From Dendrobates tinctorius (lineage: Eukaryota): a DNA stretch of 64,000 nt. Under the pieces are notes generated by a model. The model did not search any database. It was not told the origin of the DNA and saw only the letters and a program-made list of their open reading frames with translations. The stretch spans positions 2,666,001 through 2,730,000 of the forward strand of contig NW_027361723.1 of the NCBI RefSeq assembly GCF_039654945.1. The letters run 5' to 3'. A program made the position numbers and the translations under genes. Numbering within the stretch: position 1 is the first letter of the stretch; each line of letters begins with the position of its first letter. This document shows positions 14,449-27,546 of the stretch, piece after piece.

Positions 14449-17391
14449 CGGACACACATTGGGGGATCAGCTCACGTTACAGAACACCAGGAACACAGGA
14501 ACAAGTGTGGAATGCGTGGACGGCAACTGTGAGCAGGAACTGGCGGTGTTGGAGGTCAGGGGAAATACTAGAGACAGAGTGGAGACAGAGGCCAAATCAG
14601 AGAATGTTTAAATCTGAAGTAGTTACAATTTGGAGGCAGCAGCAGTTTGCCCTCCACACAGCAGGGGATCAGCTGACGTTACCGAACCCCACTTTCACAT
14701 GAACGAGTGTGTTTTTCTGTGTGGACAGCACTTCCGAGCACCAACTAGCGTTGTTGGAACACAGGGACAATCATGGTGCAGGCCGAGGCCTACTAGGAGC
14801 CAGGTGTAAAGCTGAGGTATTTTGACTTTGGAGGGAGCAGGACACTTTGCCCTCCACACAGCAGGGGATCAGCTGACGTTACTAACCCCCACTTTCACAT
14901 GAACGAGTGTGTTTTTCTGTGTGGACAGCACTTCTGAGCACCAACTAGCGTTGTTGGAGCCCAGGGAGAACCAGGGTGCAGGCCGAGGCCTACTTGGTGG
15001 CAGTTTTAGATTGCTTGTAGGCTACAACAGACTGTCAACGTGCTCCAATTAGGCATCTGTCTCCACTCTGTTTCCATGATTTCACGTGACTACCAACACC
15101 GCCAGTTTATGCGTACAGTAGCCGTCTGCCCAATCCACACGTGTTCCTGTGTTACTGGTGTTCTGTAATGTCAGCAGATCCCCTGATGTTTGTCTGCCAC
15201 TGTCTCCTGCTCTGTCCACATTCCCACCGCTTACAGTGGGAAGGTGGACAGCGCAGGAGACAGTGCCGGACACACATTGGGGGATCTGCTGACGTAACAG
15301 AACCCCAGTAACACAGGAACACGTGTGGAATGCGTGGACGGCAACTGTGAGCAGGAACTGGCGGTGTTGGAGGTCAGGGGAAATACTAGAGACAGAGTGG
15401 AGACAGAGGCCAAATCAGAGAATGTTTAAATCTGAAGTAGTTACAATTTGGAGGCAGCAGCAGTTTGCCCTCCACACAGCAGGGGATCAGCTGACGTTAA
15501 TGAACCTCACTTTCACATGAACGAGTGTGTTTTTCTGTGTGGACAGCACTTCCGAGCACCAACAGGCGGTGTTGGAGCCCAGTGACAATCATGGTGCAGG
15601 CCGAGGCCTACTAGGAGCCAGGTGTAAAGCTGAGGTATTTTGACTTTGGAGGGAGCAGGACACTTTGCCCTCCACACAGCAGGGGGATCAGCCGACGTTA
15701 CCGAACCCCACTTTCACATGAACGAGTGTGTTTTTCTGTGTGGACGGCACTTCCGAGCAACAACTGACGATGTTGGAGCCCAGGGATAGTCATTTTGTAG
15801 GCTGAGGCCTACTTGGAGGCAGTTTAAGATAAGACGTTGTTTGAATTTGGAGGCAGCAGCAGTTTGCCCTCCACACAGCAGGGGATCAGCTGACATTACT
15901 GACCCCCACATTCACATGAACAAGTGTCTTTTTCTGTGTGGACAGCACTTCCGAGCACCAACTAGCGTTGTTGGAGCCCAGGGAGAACCAGGGTGCAGGC
16001 CGAGGCCTACTTGGTGGCAGTTTTAGATTGTTTGTAGGCTACAACAGGTTGTCAACGTCCTCCAATTAGGCATCTGTCTCCACTCTGTTTCCAGGATTTC
16101 ACGTGACCACCAACACCGCCAGTTTATGCGTACAGTAGCCGTCTGCCCAATCCACACGTGTTCCTGTGTTACTGGGATTCTGTAATGTCAGCAGATCCCC
16201 TGATGTGTGTCTGCCACTGTCTCCTGCTCTGTCCACATTCCCACCGCTTGCAGTGGGAAGGTGGACAGCGCAGGAGACAGTGGCGGACACACATTGGGGG
16301 ATCTGCTGACGTAACAGAACCCCAGTAATACAGGAACACGTGTGGATTGCGTGGATGGCAACTGTGAGCAGGAACTGGCGGTGTTGGAGGTCAGAGGAAA
16401 TTCTAGAGACAGAGTGGAGACAGAGGCCAAATCAGAGAATGTTTAAATCTGAAGTAGCTAAAATTTGGAGGCAGCAGCAGTTTGCCCGCCACACAGCAGG
16501 GGATCAGCTGACGTTACCGAACCCCACTTTCACATGAACGAGTGTGTTTTTCTGTGTGGACAGCACTTCCGAGCACCAACTGGCGTTGTCGGAGCCCAGG
16601 GAAAATGAGGTAGTAGGCTGAGGCCTACTTGGAGCCAGGTGTAAATCTGAGGTTGTTTGACTGTGGAGGGAGCAGGACACTTTGCCATACACACAGCAGG
16701 GGATCAGCTGACGTTACCGAACCCCACTTACACATGAGCGAGTGTTTTGTCTGTGCGGACAGCACTTCTGAGCACCAACTGGCGGTGTCGGAGCCCAGGG
16801 AAAATGAGGTAGTAGGCTGAGGCCTACTTGGTGGCAGTTTGCGATTGTTTCTAGACTACTACTAACTGTCAACGTACTCCAATTAGGCCTCTGTCTTCAC
16901 TCTGTTTCGAGTATTTCCGCTGGCTTCCAACCACGCCAGTTGCTGCTCTGAAATGCCGTCTGCACATCCACACTTGTTCCTGTGTTACTGGGGTTCTGTA
17001 ACAGCAGCTTCTCCCTAGAGGTGAGTCAGGCAATGTCTCCTGCTCTGTCCACATTTCCACTACAAGTAGTGGGAATGTAGACAAAGCAGGAGACATTGCC
17101 GTGCTCAACTCTGGAGATGAGCAGATGTTACAGGACCCAGGTACCACAGGAACAAGTGTGGATTGTGCAGACGGCACTTGACAGCAGAAACAGGCGGTGT
17201 TGTAGGCCGGAGGAAATACTCAAAACAGAGTGGAGACAGAGGGCAAATCAGAGAACATATTAAATCAGAGGTAGTCAGAAGTTGTAGGCAGCAGGAGAGT
17301 TTGCCGTACACACAGCAGGGGATCAGCTGACGTTACCGAACCCCACTTACACATGACCGAGTGTTTTGTCTGTGCGGACAGCACTTCTGAG
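14449..17391. repeat. Higher-order repeat of ~200-bp units interleaved with ~360-bp imperfect palindromes
   Basis: CACACAGCAGGGGATCAGCTGACGTTACCGAACCCCAC recurs ~9 times; palindromic blocks at 15052-15411, 16069-16428 and 16886-17244. Confidence 0.85.
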
Positions 17392-19614
17392 TAGAGTTGA
17401 GCGAAACGGGTCGAAAAAATTCAAAAGTCGCCGACTTTTGGCAAAGTCGGGTTTCATGAAACGAAACCCGACCCTAGGATGAGGTCGGCCACGAGGTCGG
17501 CGACTTACGCGCCAAAGTCGCGTTTCAAAAGTTTGTTTTGCGCTCTTTTTCAGCCAATCAGGATCCACGGACACTGTGGGCAACGTGATGACCTAGGCAC
17601 GGGTCACCACCATCTTTCAGAAGGGCATGCAAGTGATTGGCTTGCTTTGGTGGGCCTCACAGGGGGTATAAAAGGGCGTGCACGCCGACCGCCATCTTAC
17701 TTCTGCCGATCTTAGTATAGGGAGAGGTTGCTGCTGATTCTGTAGGGAGAGCGTTAGGATGGGAAGAAGACAAAAAAACTGCTTCTGCTGCTAGCGATTT
17801 GGCCTGCACAACACACAAGTCACTGTGTGTGCAGTGCAAGGGGAGGCTATATTGTGGTGTATCAGTGGTGTTGGTTGTTGGGCTGCCTTTTAAGGCTTCC
17901 TGACACGCTGGCATTGCTGTTTACCCACTGCTCCACAAACTGCTTTTTTAAAAGCAATCCAATCTCCCTTATCCTCTAGTCACTTTTGTCACAGCTGTGC
18001 CATCGAGCCTGTCACATAGCGCTCAGATATCAGTGGGCCTCACACAATCCACAAGTGTCCAGTGTCCAAAAGTGTGCGCAGAGATTCAAAATCTCCATTA
18101 TCCTCTCGTCACTTTGGTCACAGGCAGCTGTGCCATCGAACGTGTCACATAGCGCTCAGATATCAGTGGGCCTCACACAATCCACAAGTGTCCAGTGTCC
18201 AAAAGTGTGCGCAGAGATTCAAAATCTCCATTATCCTCTCGTCAATTTGGTCACAGGCAGCTGTGCCATCGAACGTGTCACATAGCGCTCAGATATCAGT
18301 GGGCCTCACACAATCCACAAGTGTCCAGTGTCCAAAAGTGTGCGCAGAGATTCAAAATCTCCATTATCCTCTCGTCACTTTGGTCACAGGCAGCTGTGCC
18401 ATCGAGCCTGTCACATAGCGCTCAGATATCAGTGGGCCTCACACAATCCACAAGTGTCCAGTGTCCAAAAGTGTGCGCAGAGATTCAAAATCTCCATTAT
18501 CCTCTCGTCACTTTGGTCACAGGCAGCTGTGCCATCGAGCGTGTCACATAGCGCTCAGATATCAGTGGGCCTCACACAATCCACAAGTGTCCAGTGTCCA
18601 AAAGTGTGCGCAGAGATTCAAAATCTCCATTATCCTCTCGTCACTTTGGTCACAGGCAGCTGTGCCATCGAGCGTGTCACATAGCGCTCAGATATCAGTG
18701 GGCCTCACACAATCCACAAGTGTCCAGTGTCCAAAAGTGTGCGCAGAGATTCAAAATCTCCATTATCCTCTCGTCACTTTGGTCACAGGCAGCTGTGCCA
18801 TCGAGCGTGTCACATAGCGCTCAGATATCAGTGGGCCTCACACAATCCACAAGTGTCCAGTGTCCAAAAGTGTGCGCAGAGATTCAAAATCTCCATTATC
18901 CTCTCGTCACTTTGGTCACAGCTGTGCCATCGAGCCTGTCACATAGCGCTCAGATATCAGTGGGCCTCATACAATCCACAAGTGTCCAGTGTCCAAAAGT
19001 GTGCGCAGAGATTCAAAATCTCCATTATCCTCTCGTCACTTTTGTCACAGGCAGCTGTGCCATCGAGCCTGTCACATAGCGCTCAGATATCAGTGGGCCT
19101 CACACAATCCACAAGTGTCCAGTGTCCAAAAGTGTGCGCAGAGATTCAAAATCTCCATTATCCTCTCGTCACTTTGGTCACAGCTGTGCCATCGAGCCTG
19201 TCACATAGCGCTCAGATATCAGTGGGCCTCACACAATCCACAAGTGTCCAGTGTCCAAAAGTGTGCGCAGAGATTCAAAATCTCCATTATCCTCTCGTCA
19301 CTTTGGTCACAGGCAGCTGTGCCATCGAGCGTGTCACATAGCGCTCAGATATCAGTGGGCCTCACACAATCCACAAGTGTCCAGTGTCCAAAAGTGTGCG
19401 CAGAGATTCAAAATCTCCATTATCCTCTCGTCACTTTGGTCACAGGCAGCTGTGCCATCGAGCGTGTCACATAGCGCTCAGATATCAGTGGGCCTCACAC
19501 AATCCACAAGTGTCCAGTGTCCAAAAGTGTGCGCAGAGATTCAAAATCTCCATTATCCTCTCGTGACTTTGGTCACAGGCAGCTGTGCCATCGAGCGTGT
19601 CACATAGCGCTCAG
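17392..19614 (+). mobile_element. 5' end of a hAT element (same family as copy 1), truncated within its tandem array
   Basis: TAGAGTTGAGCGAAACGGGTCG at 17392; reverse-complement match to 5270-5836. Confidence 0.9.
17960..19614. repeat. 133-bp tandem repeat (~12.5 copies, some 129 bp)
   Basis: ORF starts offset by 133 (18062, 18195, 18328...); related to the 130-bp arrays. Confidence 0.95.
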
Positions 19615-20464
19615 TAGAGTTGAGCGACTTTTGGTTTTTTAGGGTCGCGTTTCGTTTCGTGAAACCCGACTTTTCCAAAAGTCGGGTCGAGCAAGATCGT
19701 CCGATTATAGGGAAAAGTCGGGGTCGTCCCGAAACCCAATGCAAGTCAATGGGGAATAAAAGTCGGCAGTGAGAGGAGGACAGGAAACACACCTACAGTG
19801 CCCATTTGAATGCCAAAAGCATCAATTCTTCTTACTTAAGCTTGTCAACCTTAATTAACTTCATAATACAAGTTACGCACTGAAAAATGGGGGTTATTTG
19901 GCTAAAGTTGTGGGGGGGGGGGGGGAGGGCTGGCTGCAGGTTTTCATGTGCCCTGGGCGAAAGAGCGCCCCTTTAACACATACCACAACTCATCATGCTC
20001 CGATACGGCAGATAAATAGCGGTATAGTACAATGAAAAATACCTCACTTTTTACATCTCATGACGAGGCCCATCTATTTCTCCATACAGAATCATTGGTC
20101 CCATATAATGTTTGAAACAGTATATGATGAGCTCCACATAATGCTACAGTATATGTTGGTCCCCATGGATGAAGCTCCACTGTCTTGTGGGCCCAAATAA
20201 TGCTCCAAACATAATGGGCCCCATTTCTAATGCTCTAGTGTATAATGGGCCCTGTAAATGCTGCTCCAGTGTCTGATGTCCACCTTTGGAATGTTCCAGT
20301 GTATGGTGGGCCCCATCTATCATTCTCCAGAGTATAGTGCTCCCCAAAAATTGCTGTCCCAACATTGAAAACAATCAAATAAGTCTCCTCGCTAGGGTAT
20401 CCCTGTACTTGTCTGGACAGGTGCTGTAGCTTGCTTAACAGCTCGCCAGCCGTTCTCACGCCCA

Positions 20465-20835
20465 GTATGGATTGCACGTGATTGCACAAAGGTTAGAAAG
20501 GGTACCGTATCCCTGGATAACATGTATGGATAGCGTACACATTCAAAATATATGTCTCAGGAGGCAGGCTCAGATGGTGTTAGGCCCAGTATGGATTGCA
20601 CGTGATTGCACAAAGGTTAGAAAGGGTACCGTATCCCTGGATAACATGTATGGATAGCGTACACATTCAAAATATGTGTCTCAGGAGGCAGGCTCAGACG
20701 GTGTCAGGCCCAGTATGGATTGCACAAAGGTTAGAAAGGGTACCGTATCCCCGGATAACATGTATGGATAGCGTACACATTCAAAATATATGTCTCAGGA
20801 GGCAGGCTCAGACGGTGTCAGGCACAGTATGGATT
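20465..20835. repeat. ~124-bp tandem triplication in the hAT 3' region
   Basis: CAGTATGGATTGCAC...CAGGAGGCAGGCTCAGA occurs three times. Confidence 0.85.
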
Positions 20836-21255
20836 TGACGGCCCAGATTACACAGCGGAGGAGCAGGGAGAGGTAAAGATTGCAAATGCTGGGGCCCTGC
20901 CCAAGCAAGGGGGGCCCACTCGTGGGCGTCGGTACTGGCACTGGGCCCCTCATAGTACAGCGGTGTGTCTGACGGCGGGTGTGCACCACCACCGTCAGAG
21001 ACACTTGATTGCACTATGAGGGACCCTGTGCCAGTGCCCGCGCCCAAGAGTCGGCCTACCCACCTGTCCAGGGCAACGGCACTCGCACGGTGTCGTGCGG
21101 TAGGTGGTGACCCCGGCCATGGTGGGGGGAGGCAGCACAGTTAGGGAGTTTTAGAAAGTGGCATATGTTGATGTTGGACATTCAGCTGATGCAAAAGGCG
21201 AAATAGGTGAAGTACCAGGAAGAGGTGGACCAAAGCAAGCCATTTTCCTGTCACC

Positions 21256-24200
21256 CTATGTGTCATCAGGGGAAGGTGGGACAAAATCCTTGGAAACCCA
21301 TGCGTGGTTCATTTTAATGAAGGTTAGATCATCCACATTTTGGGTTGACAGACGGGTCCTTTTTTCTGTCAGGATTGATCCAGCTGCACTGAAGACTCTT
21401 TCCGATAGCACACTTGCAGCTGGGCAAGCGAGCTCCTGTAAGGCATATTGGGCCAATTCAGGCCAGGTGTCCAGTTTAGCGGCCCAATAGTCAAAGGGGA
21501 ATGACCTGTGTGGGAGAACATCGATATGGGAGGAAAAGTAGTTTGTAACCATAGTTGACAACTGCTGTCTCCTGTCACTTTCCATCGATGCAGTATTACC
21601 AGTTGTGTGAGCGGTATTTGAAAAATCAGTCCACAACATTGTCATGAAACCCCTGTCTCCAACGCCACTTCTGCTGTGTGCACCACGAACACCTCTGCCA
21701 AGCTGCCCCCGGCCCGTACGGCTCGTGTGAGAACCATCACCGCTGCTGTGTGCTGCGAATGCCTCAAGCAACCGATTTACCAGAGTTGCTTCTTTATTAG
21801 CCAATATTAGGTCAAGGTTCTCCTGTGGCATGATGTTTTGTAATTTGCCTTTATAGCGTGGATCCAGGATGCTGGCCAACCAGTAGTCGTCATCGTTCAT
21901 CATTTTGGCAATGCGGGGGTCCCTTTTTAGGATCCGCAAGGCATAATCTGACATGTGGGCCAATGTTCCCGGTGTCAATGATGCACTGCGAGTGCTGGGT
22001 GGAGGAGCACTTTCTGGCAAATCCACATCCCTCCAGTCACGCACAAACCCTGTACCAGACCTTGCCACGCCAACATTTTCACTTGCCCCACGAGATGCAT
22101 CCTCCTCCCCTAAGTAATCATCCCCATCATCCTCCTCCTCTTCTTCCTCCACCTTGTCCAGGAGAGGTCCCTGAGCAGACAATGGCTGAATGTCATCAAG
22201 GATTCCCTCCTCCTCTTCCTCAACATTGGCTGCAGACGCCTGGTCCTTAAGGTGCGTCAAAGTTTGCATGAGCAGACGCATAAGTGGGATGCTCATGCTT
22301 AGGATGGCGTCGTCTGCGCTTACCAGCCGTGTGCATTCCTCAAAACACTGAAGGACTTTACAAAGGTCTTTCAGCTTCGACCACTGCACGCCTGTCAACT
22401 CCATGTCTGCTCTCAAAGTGCCTGGCCGTGTATCCTCCCATAAATGCATTATGGCCTGCCTCTGCTCGCACAGCCGCTCCACCATGTGCAGGGTGGAGTT
22501 CCACCTTGTTGCAATGTCGATAATGAGGCGGTGGTTGGGAAGGTGGAGCAATCGCTGCAGCTTCTGCATACGAACGGAGTGTACAGGCGACCGGCGGATG
22601 TGCGCGCACAGTCTTCGCACCTTCTGGAGCAGGGCTGTTAACTCCGGATAATTTTTGAGGAAGCACTGCACCACCAGGTTCAAGGTGTGAGCCAAGCAAG
22701 GTATGTGGCTGAGTTTTGAAAGGGCTATGGCTGCCACAAAATTACGGCCGTTATCACTAACTACCTTGCCTGCCTCAAGATGTACACTGCCCAGCCATGA
22801 CTCAGTTTGTCGCTTCAAGTACTCGGCCAGCACCTCGGCGGTGTGTCTGTCGCCCAAACACATCATCTGCAACACAGCCTGCTGACGCTTTCCACTAGCT
22901 GCTCGATAGGGGGACACATCGTGTGCAACAGTGGCAGCTGCAGATGGAGTGCTCGTACGACTGCGCTCTGTGGACGAGCTTTCGCTTCTGGAGGAGGAGG
23001 AGGAGGAGGGTGGAACGCCTACAGCCAACTGTTTCCTATACCGTGGGCTAGGCAGCACTGTCCCACCACCGCTGTCCCCTGTGGACCCTGCATCCACCAC
23101 ATTAACCCAGTGCGCAGTGATGGACACGTAACGGCCCTGGCCATGCCGACTGGACCATGCATCAGTTGTGAGGTGCACCTTTCTGCTCATTGACTGCTTG
23201 AGTGCATGGACAATGCGGTCTTTCACATGATGGTGGAGGGCTGGGATGGCTTTGCGAGAGAAGTGGCGACTGGGTAGGTCATAGCGTGGTACTGCATAGG
23301 CCATGAGTTCGCGGAAAGCTGTGCTTTCCACCAACCGAAAGGGCATCATCTCAAACGAGATTAGTTTGGCAATGTGGGCGTTCAAACCCAGTGTACGTGG
23401 ATGAGAGACTGAGTACTTTCTTGACCTACTCATAGTGTCTGGGAGGGTGAGCTGGACTTGAGAGCTGCATATGGTGGAAGTAGCGGTGGACAGGGCGGAC
23501 TGAGAGAGGGTTGATGATGGTGATGGAGTTGGTGTTCTTTCTGATGGCCTAGAATCAGTCTTTCGTTGATATAACAGTGGGATTCCCTGACTGCTGTGGC
23601 CTTGCAACGACACCTCAACATTTGCTGCTGTGCTAACCGGGGGGCTTACAGTGGGGGAAACAATGTAGCGTTGCTGACTACCTTCGTTGTGATCAGTTGC
23701 ACATGTGGCACTTGAGGTTTGGTGTTGTGTCCACGCTTGCAAGTGCATGCTGGTTAAATGTCTAAGCATGCAACTGGTATTCAAATTTTTCAGTTTTTTC
23801 CCTCGGCTAAAGGTCTTTGCGCACTTCTTACAGATAACCTTGGCCTGATCATGAGGATTTTGTTCAAAAAAGTGCCACACTGCACTCTTCCTACTTTGGC
23901 AGACATTTTGCGGCCTAGCACGCTGTGATCTTTTGACCCTCTGGACAAGCTGTCCAGCAACTCTTTTGATGTTTGGAACCTGTCTTTGGAGTGCTCCGGG
24001 CCTGCCAGATAACAGCTGTTGCGATGTCGATGTCTGCTGTGGATGCTCCTCATCTGAGCTATTGGAAGCAGCACCCTCTTCCCCCAATGGATGCCAATCT
24101 GGGTCAACAACTGGGTCATCCATCACCTCCTCTTCTATGTCATGTGCACCTTCCTCTGTGTCACCGTGTATGGTGGTATAGTGTGCGGGAAGGGGCACCT

Positions 24201-24780
24201 GAGTCTCATCAGGGTCAGAATCTGGCTCTGTACACTACGAGGACAATGTAGTGCTCTGAGTGAATGTACCAGCAGAATCATCCATCAGCGGCTGTGCATC
24301 AGTGCACTCCATGTCAGATTCATCTTGGCCTGGGTAATTCACCATTTCACTTGATAATCCAGGCATGGTATGTGAAAACAGCTCCATGGAGTAATCAGTA
24401 GTATGGCCTGCGTCATCCTTCAATCTTGGTTGGGGTGAAGGACACAAGGAAAGGTGTGGTTCATGAACATGAGCCTCCAATGACGACTCAGTGCTTTTAC
24501 TTTTTACAACTGAAGAAGAGGAGGCGATAGAGCTGGAGGCTGAGTCAGCAATGTAAGACAAAACTTTTTCCTGATGCTCTGGCTTTAAAAGCGGTTTGCC
24601 AACTCCTAGAACACTAAGCGTTCGAGGCCTTATGTAGCCAGACGATGACGCAGGCTCAACACCTCCTGCATTCGGTCCTATTTTGCTCTTGCCACTACCA
24701 TCAGATCCACCACCAACACCATCATTACCAGCTGCCAACCCCCGCCCAATTCCACGGCCTCTTCCACCAGCCTTCCTCAT
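21256..24780 (-). pseudogene. hAT transposase (ZBED-like, BED + DDE + hATC), ~1174 codons with one in-frame stop at 24235-24237
   Basis: ORFs 24235-24891 and 21256-24198 are in the same frame. Motifs CKKC/RHLTSMH, TTDAW, VSDNG, PCLAH, TRWNST, LDPRYK, CPAASVLSERVFS. The stop is CAG>TAG relative to the other copies. Confidence 0.93.
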
Positions 24781-24849
24781 TTTTGGTAGAAATGTAGACA
24801 AAATCCAACAAACTATATAGTATGTAAAACAAGGTACAAGGTGTCTATA

Positions 24850-25755
24850 GGACAGGGGAGATTTTGAATTTCTGCACACACTTTTGGACACTTTTGGATT
24901 GTGTGAGGCCCAATGAATATCTGAGCGCTATGTGACAGGCTCGATGGCACAGCTGTGACCTAAGTGACTAGAGGATAAGTGAGATTTTGAATCTCTGCAC
25001 ACACTTTTGGACACTGGACACTTTTGGATTGTGTGAGGCCCAATGAATATCTGAGCGCTATGTGACAGGCTCGATGGCACAGCTGTGATCTAAGTGACTA
25101 GAGGATAAGTAAGATTTTGAATCTCTGCACACTTTTGGACACTTTTGGATTGTGTGAGGCCCAATGAATATCTGAGCGCTATGTGACAGGCTCGATGGCA
25201 CAGCTGTGACCTAAGTGACTAGAGGATAAGTGAGATTTTGAATCTCTGCACACACTTTTGGACACTGGACACTTTTGGATTGTGTGAGGCCCAATGAATA
25301 TCTGAGCGCTATGTGACAGGCTCGATGGCACAGCTGTGACCTAAGTGACTAGAGGATAAGTGAGATTTTGAATCTCTGCACACACTTTTGGACACTGGAC
25401 ACTTTTGGATTGTGTGAGGCCCAATGAATATCTGAGCGCTATGTGACAGGCTCGATGGCACAGCTGTGACCTAAGTGACTAGAGGATAAGTGAGATTTTA
25501 AATCTCTGCACACACTTTGACACTGGACACTTTTGGATTGTGTGATGCCCAATGATTATCTGAGCGCTATGTGACAGGCTCGATGGCACAGCTGTGACCT
25601 AAGTGACTAGAGGATAAGTGAGATTTTGAATCTCTGCACACTTTTGGACACTGGACACTTTTGGATTGTGTGAGGCCCAATGAATATCTGAGTGCTATGT
25701 GACAGGCTCGATGCCACAGCTGTGACCAAAGTGACTAGAGGATAAGGGAGATTGG
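24850..25755. repeat. ~130-bp tandem repeat, ~7 copies
   Basis: AGCTGTGACCTAAGTGACTAGAGG at 24951, 25081, 25202, 25332, 25462 and onward. Confidence 0.95.
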
Positions 25756-26558
25756 ATTGCTTTTAAAAAAGCAGTTTGCGGAGCATTGGGTAAACAGCAA
25801 TGCCAGCCTGTCAGGAAGCCTTAGAACGCAGCCCAACAACCAACACCACTGATACACCACTATATAGCCTCCCCTTGCACTGCACACACATTGACTGGTG
25901 TGTTGTGCAGGCCAAATCGCTAGCAGCAGAAGCAGTTTTTTGGTCTTCTTCCCTGCCTAACGCTCTCCCTACAGAATCAGCAGCAACCTCTCCTTATGCT
26001 AAGATCGGCAGAAGTAAGATGGCGGTCGGCGTGCACGCCCTTTTATACCCCCTGTGACGCCCACCAAAGCAAGCCAATCACTTGCATGCCCTTCTGAAAG
26101 ATGGTGGTGACCCGTGCCTATGTCATCACGTTGCCCACAGTGTCCGTGGATCCTGATTGGCTGAAGAAGAGCGCAAAACAAACTTTTGAAACGTGACTTT
26201 GGCGCGTAAGTCGCCGACCTCGTGGCCGACCTCATCCTAGGGTCGGGTTTCGTTTCATGAAACCCGACTTTGCCAAAAGTCGGCAACTTTTGAAATTTTT
26301 CGACCCGTTTCGCTCAACTCTAATCCTAACTACTCCGGTTTTTGCCTACCGCATGTGTGCCACTGAGTCCCTGTGTTGCTAACAGGCTCAGCGTTACTTT
26401 TCTATTTTTTCCTGGAGCAGCTCTGTGCACTTAACAGAGACTGCTTGATTGCACCTGGGTGATATAGAACCCTGTGCACATTACCGCCACAATGCTCTGT
26501 GTCTTCTAGCTGCGGTTTTTCCATCTGCCGCACGGTGGACCCCGGGCGGCGAACACGT

Positions 26559-27452
26559 TTATTTATATTTTTTTTTAAGAGTGTTCCGCCGCCGTAACAC
26601 CCGGTCCCAGACCAGATCCAGGACGACCTGGCCAGCCGCTGCAATTGCGGTACACCGCAGGGCCTTCCCAGGTGGAGGCACATCCGACATACCTGGGGCC
26701 TCCTGGCAGTGCGTCCTGTGCTCCGGTGCAGGTGGTGATGGAGCGGATGGTAGCTCTGGGTCCGCGGGGGCTTCGGTCGGGACCTGCGCAGCCACAACAG
26801 GTCCGGGCGGGCGCACGGTCTCAGCTCCCGGGTCCTCCGATGACTTCTTTGGGCGAGCGGGACGCAGCCGCACGGACAGCGTGGAGGTGAAAGTTATCGC
26901 TGGCGGGGAGTGGTCTGGTGCGGCAGCGGCAGGTACCGATGGAGAGGGTACCGCTGATGTAGGCCCCGCCAGGGCGCGCTGCCGTCTCAACCTCTCCAGC
27001 GCTTCTCTTCTTAGCTGCAGACGGGTAGTCAGTTCGGTGATTTCGTCTTGTAGCTGCCGGCAAATGATGCCAGCTTCAGGGTTGGAGCCGTGAGCCATGG
27101 CGCCGGGGGCTTGCACTTCCCCGCGCTCCGCAGGCCTCCTTCCATCACTCTCCAAAATGGCGTTCTGGCGTTCTTCTTCTTGCTTCACCCTTCTGCTCGC
27201 CACTGGCTTTCTCTGCCCCTCCTTCCGGGGGCAGCGTCTTCTTCCCGCGCCTCCATACCAAGCCAGTACACGATCCCCTCGGGGAGTGGGCCATGCATCA
27301 GTCACATAGTAATTCAGGCAGGGACAGCCCAAGACTCTTCGCGGTCTTTTCTTAGGACCTCCCACCTCTTCACGCCCTTCTTCTCCGCGCCAGTGGCCAT
27401 TTCTAATGTCCATTTTACAGTCTATTAAATTTGGTCTTCTGCACATTTTCAA
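26559..27452 (-). CDS. Putative first (gag-position) ORF of the LTR element; coiled-coil plus Pro/Ala-rich; function unknown
   Basis: 297-aa ORF begins just downstream of the PBS and contains heptad-like ICRQLQDEITELTTRLQLRREALERL. No recognisable capsid motif. Confidence 0.35.
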   Translation of the reverse strand: MKMCRRPNLIDCKMDIRNGHWRGEEGREEVGGPKKRPRRVLGCPCLNYYVTDAWPTPRGDRVLAWYGGAGRRRCPRKEGQRKPVASRRVKQEEERQNAILESDGRRPAERGEVQAPGAMAHGSNPEAGIICRQLQDEITELTTRLQLRREALERLRRQRALAGPTSAVPSPSVPAAAAPDHSPPAITFTSTLSVRLRPARPKKSSEDPGAETVRPPGPVVAAQVPTEAPADPELPSAPSPPAPEHRTHCQEAPGMSDVPPPGKALRCTAIAAAGQVVLDLVWDRVLRRRNTLKKKYK

Positions 27453-27528
27453 AAGTTGTTAATCCAAGGCACACAGAACCCGATGGCATCGGGTCTCGTC
27501 ATCCTGTTCCATGGCATCGGGTCTCGTA

Positions 27529-27546
27529 ATCCTGTTCGTGACGCCA
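27529..27546 (-). other. Primer-binding site complementary to the 3' end of tRNA-Ser(CGA)
   Basis: Plus strand ATCCTGTTCGTGACGCCA equals the 3' 18 nt of vertebrate tRNA-Ser-CGA plus CCA (recalled sequence). Confidence 0.75.

Larger units (their letters stand above)
19615..26322 (-). mobile_element. Full-length hAT (Ac-type) transposon, ~6.7 kb, both TIRs present, no TSD
   Basis: TAGAGTTGAGCGA at 19615 and TCGCTCAACTCTA ending at 26322. Flanks GCGCTCAG and ATCCTAAC do not match. Confidence 0.92.

Noticed and set aside
17960-19614. Regular repeat arrays as CRISPR (also 39440-41582, 57712-58760)
   Set aside because: Head-to-tail units with no unique spacers, no cas genes, and a vertebrate context
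21256-24780. Domesticated ZBED host gene
   Set aside because: Flanked by TIRs, multicopy within the window, and carries a premature stop
27529-27546. tRNA-Ser gene
   Set aside because: Only the 3' 18-19 nt including encoded CCA are present, which is the signature of a PBS
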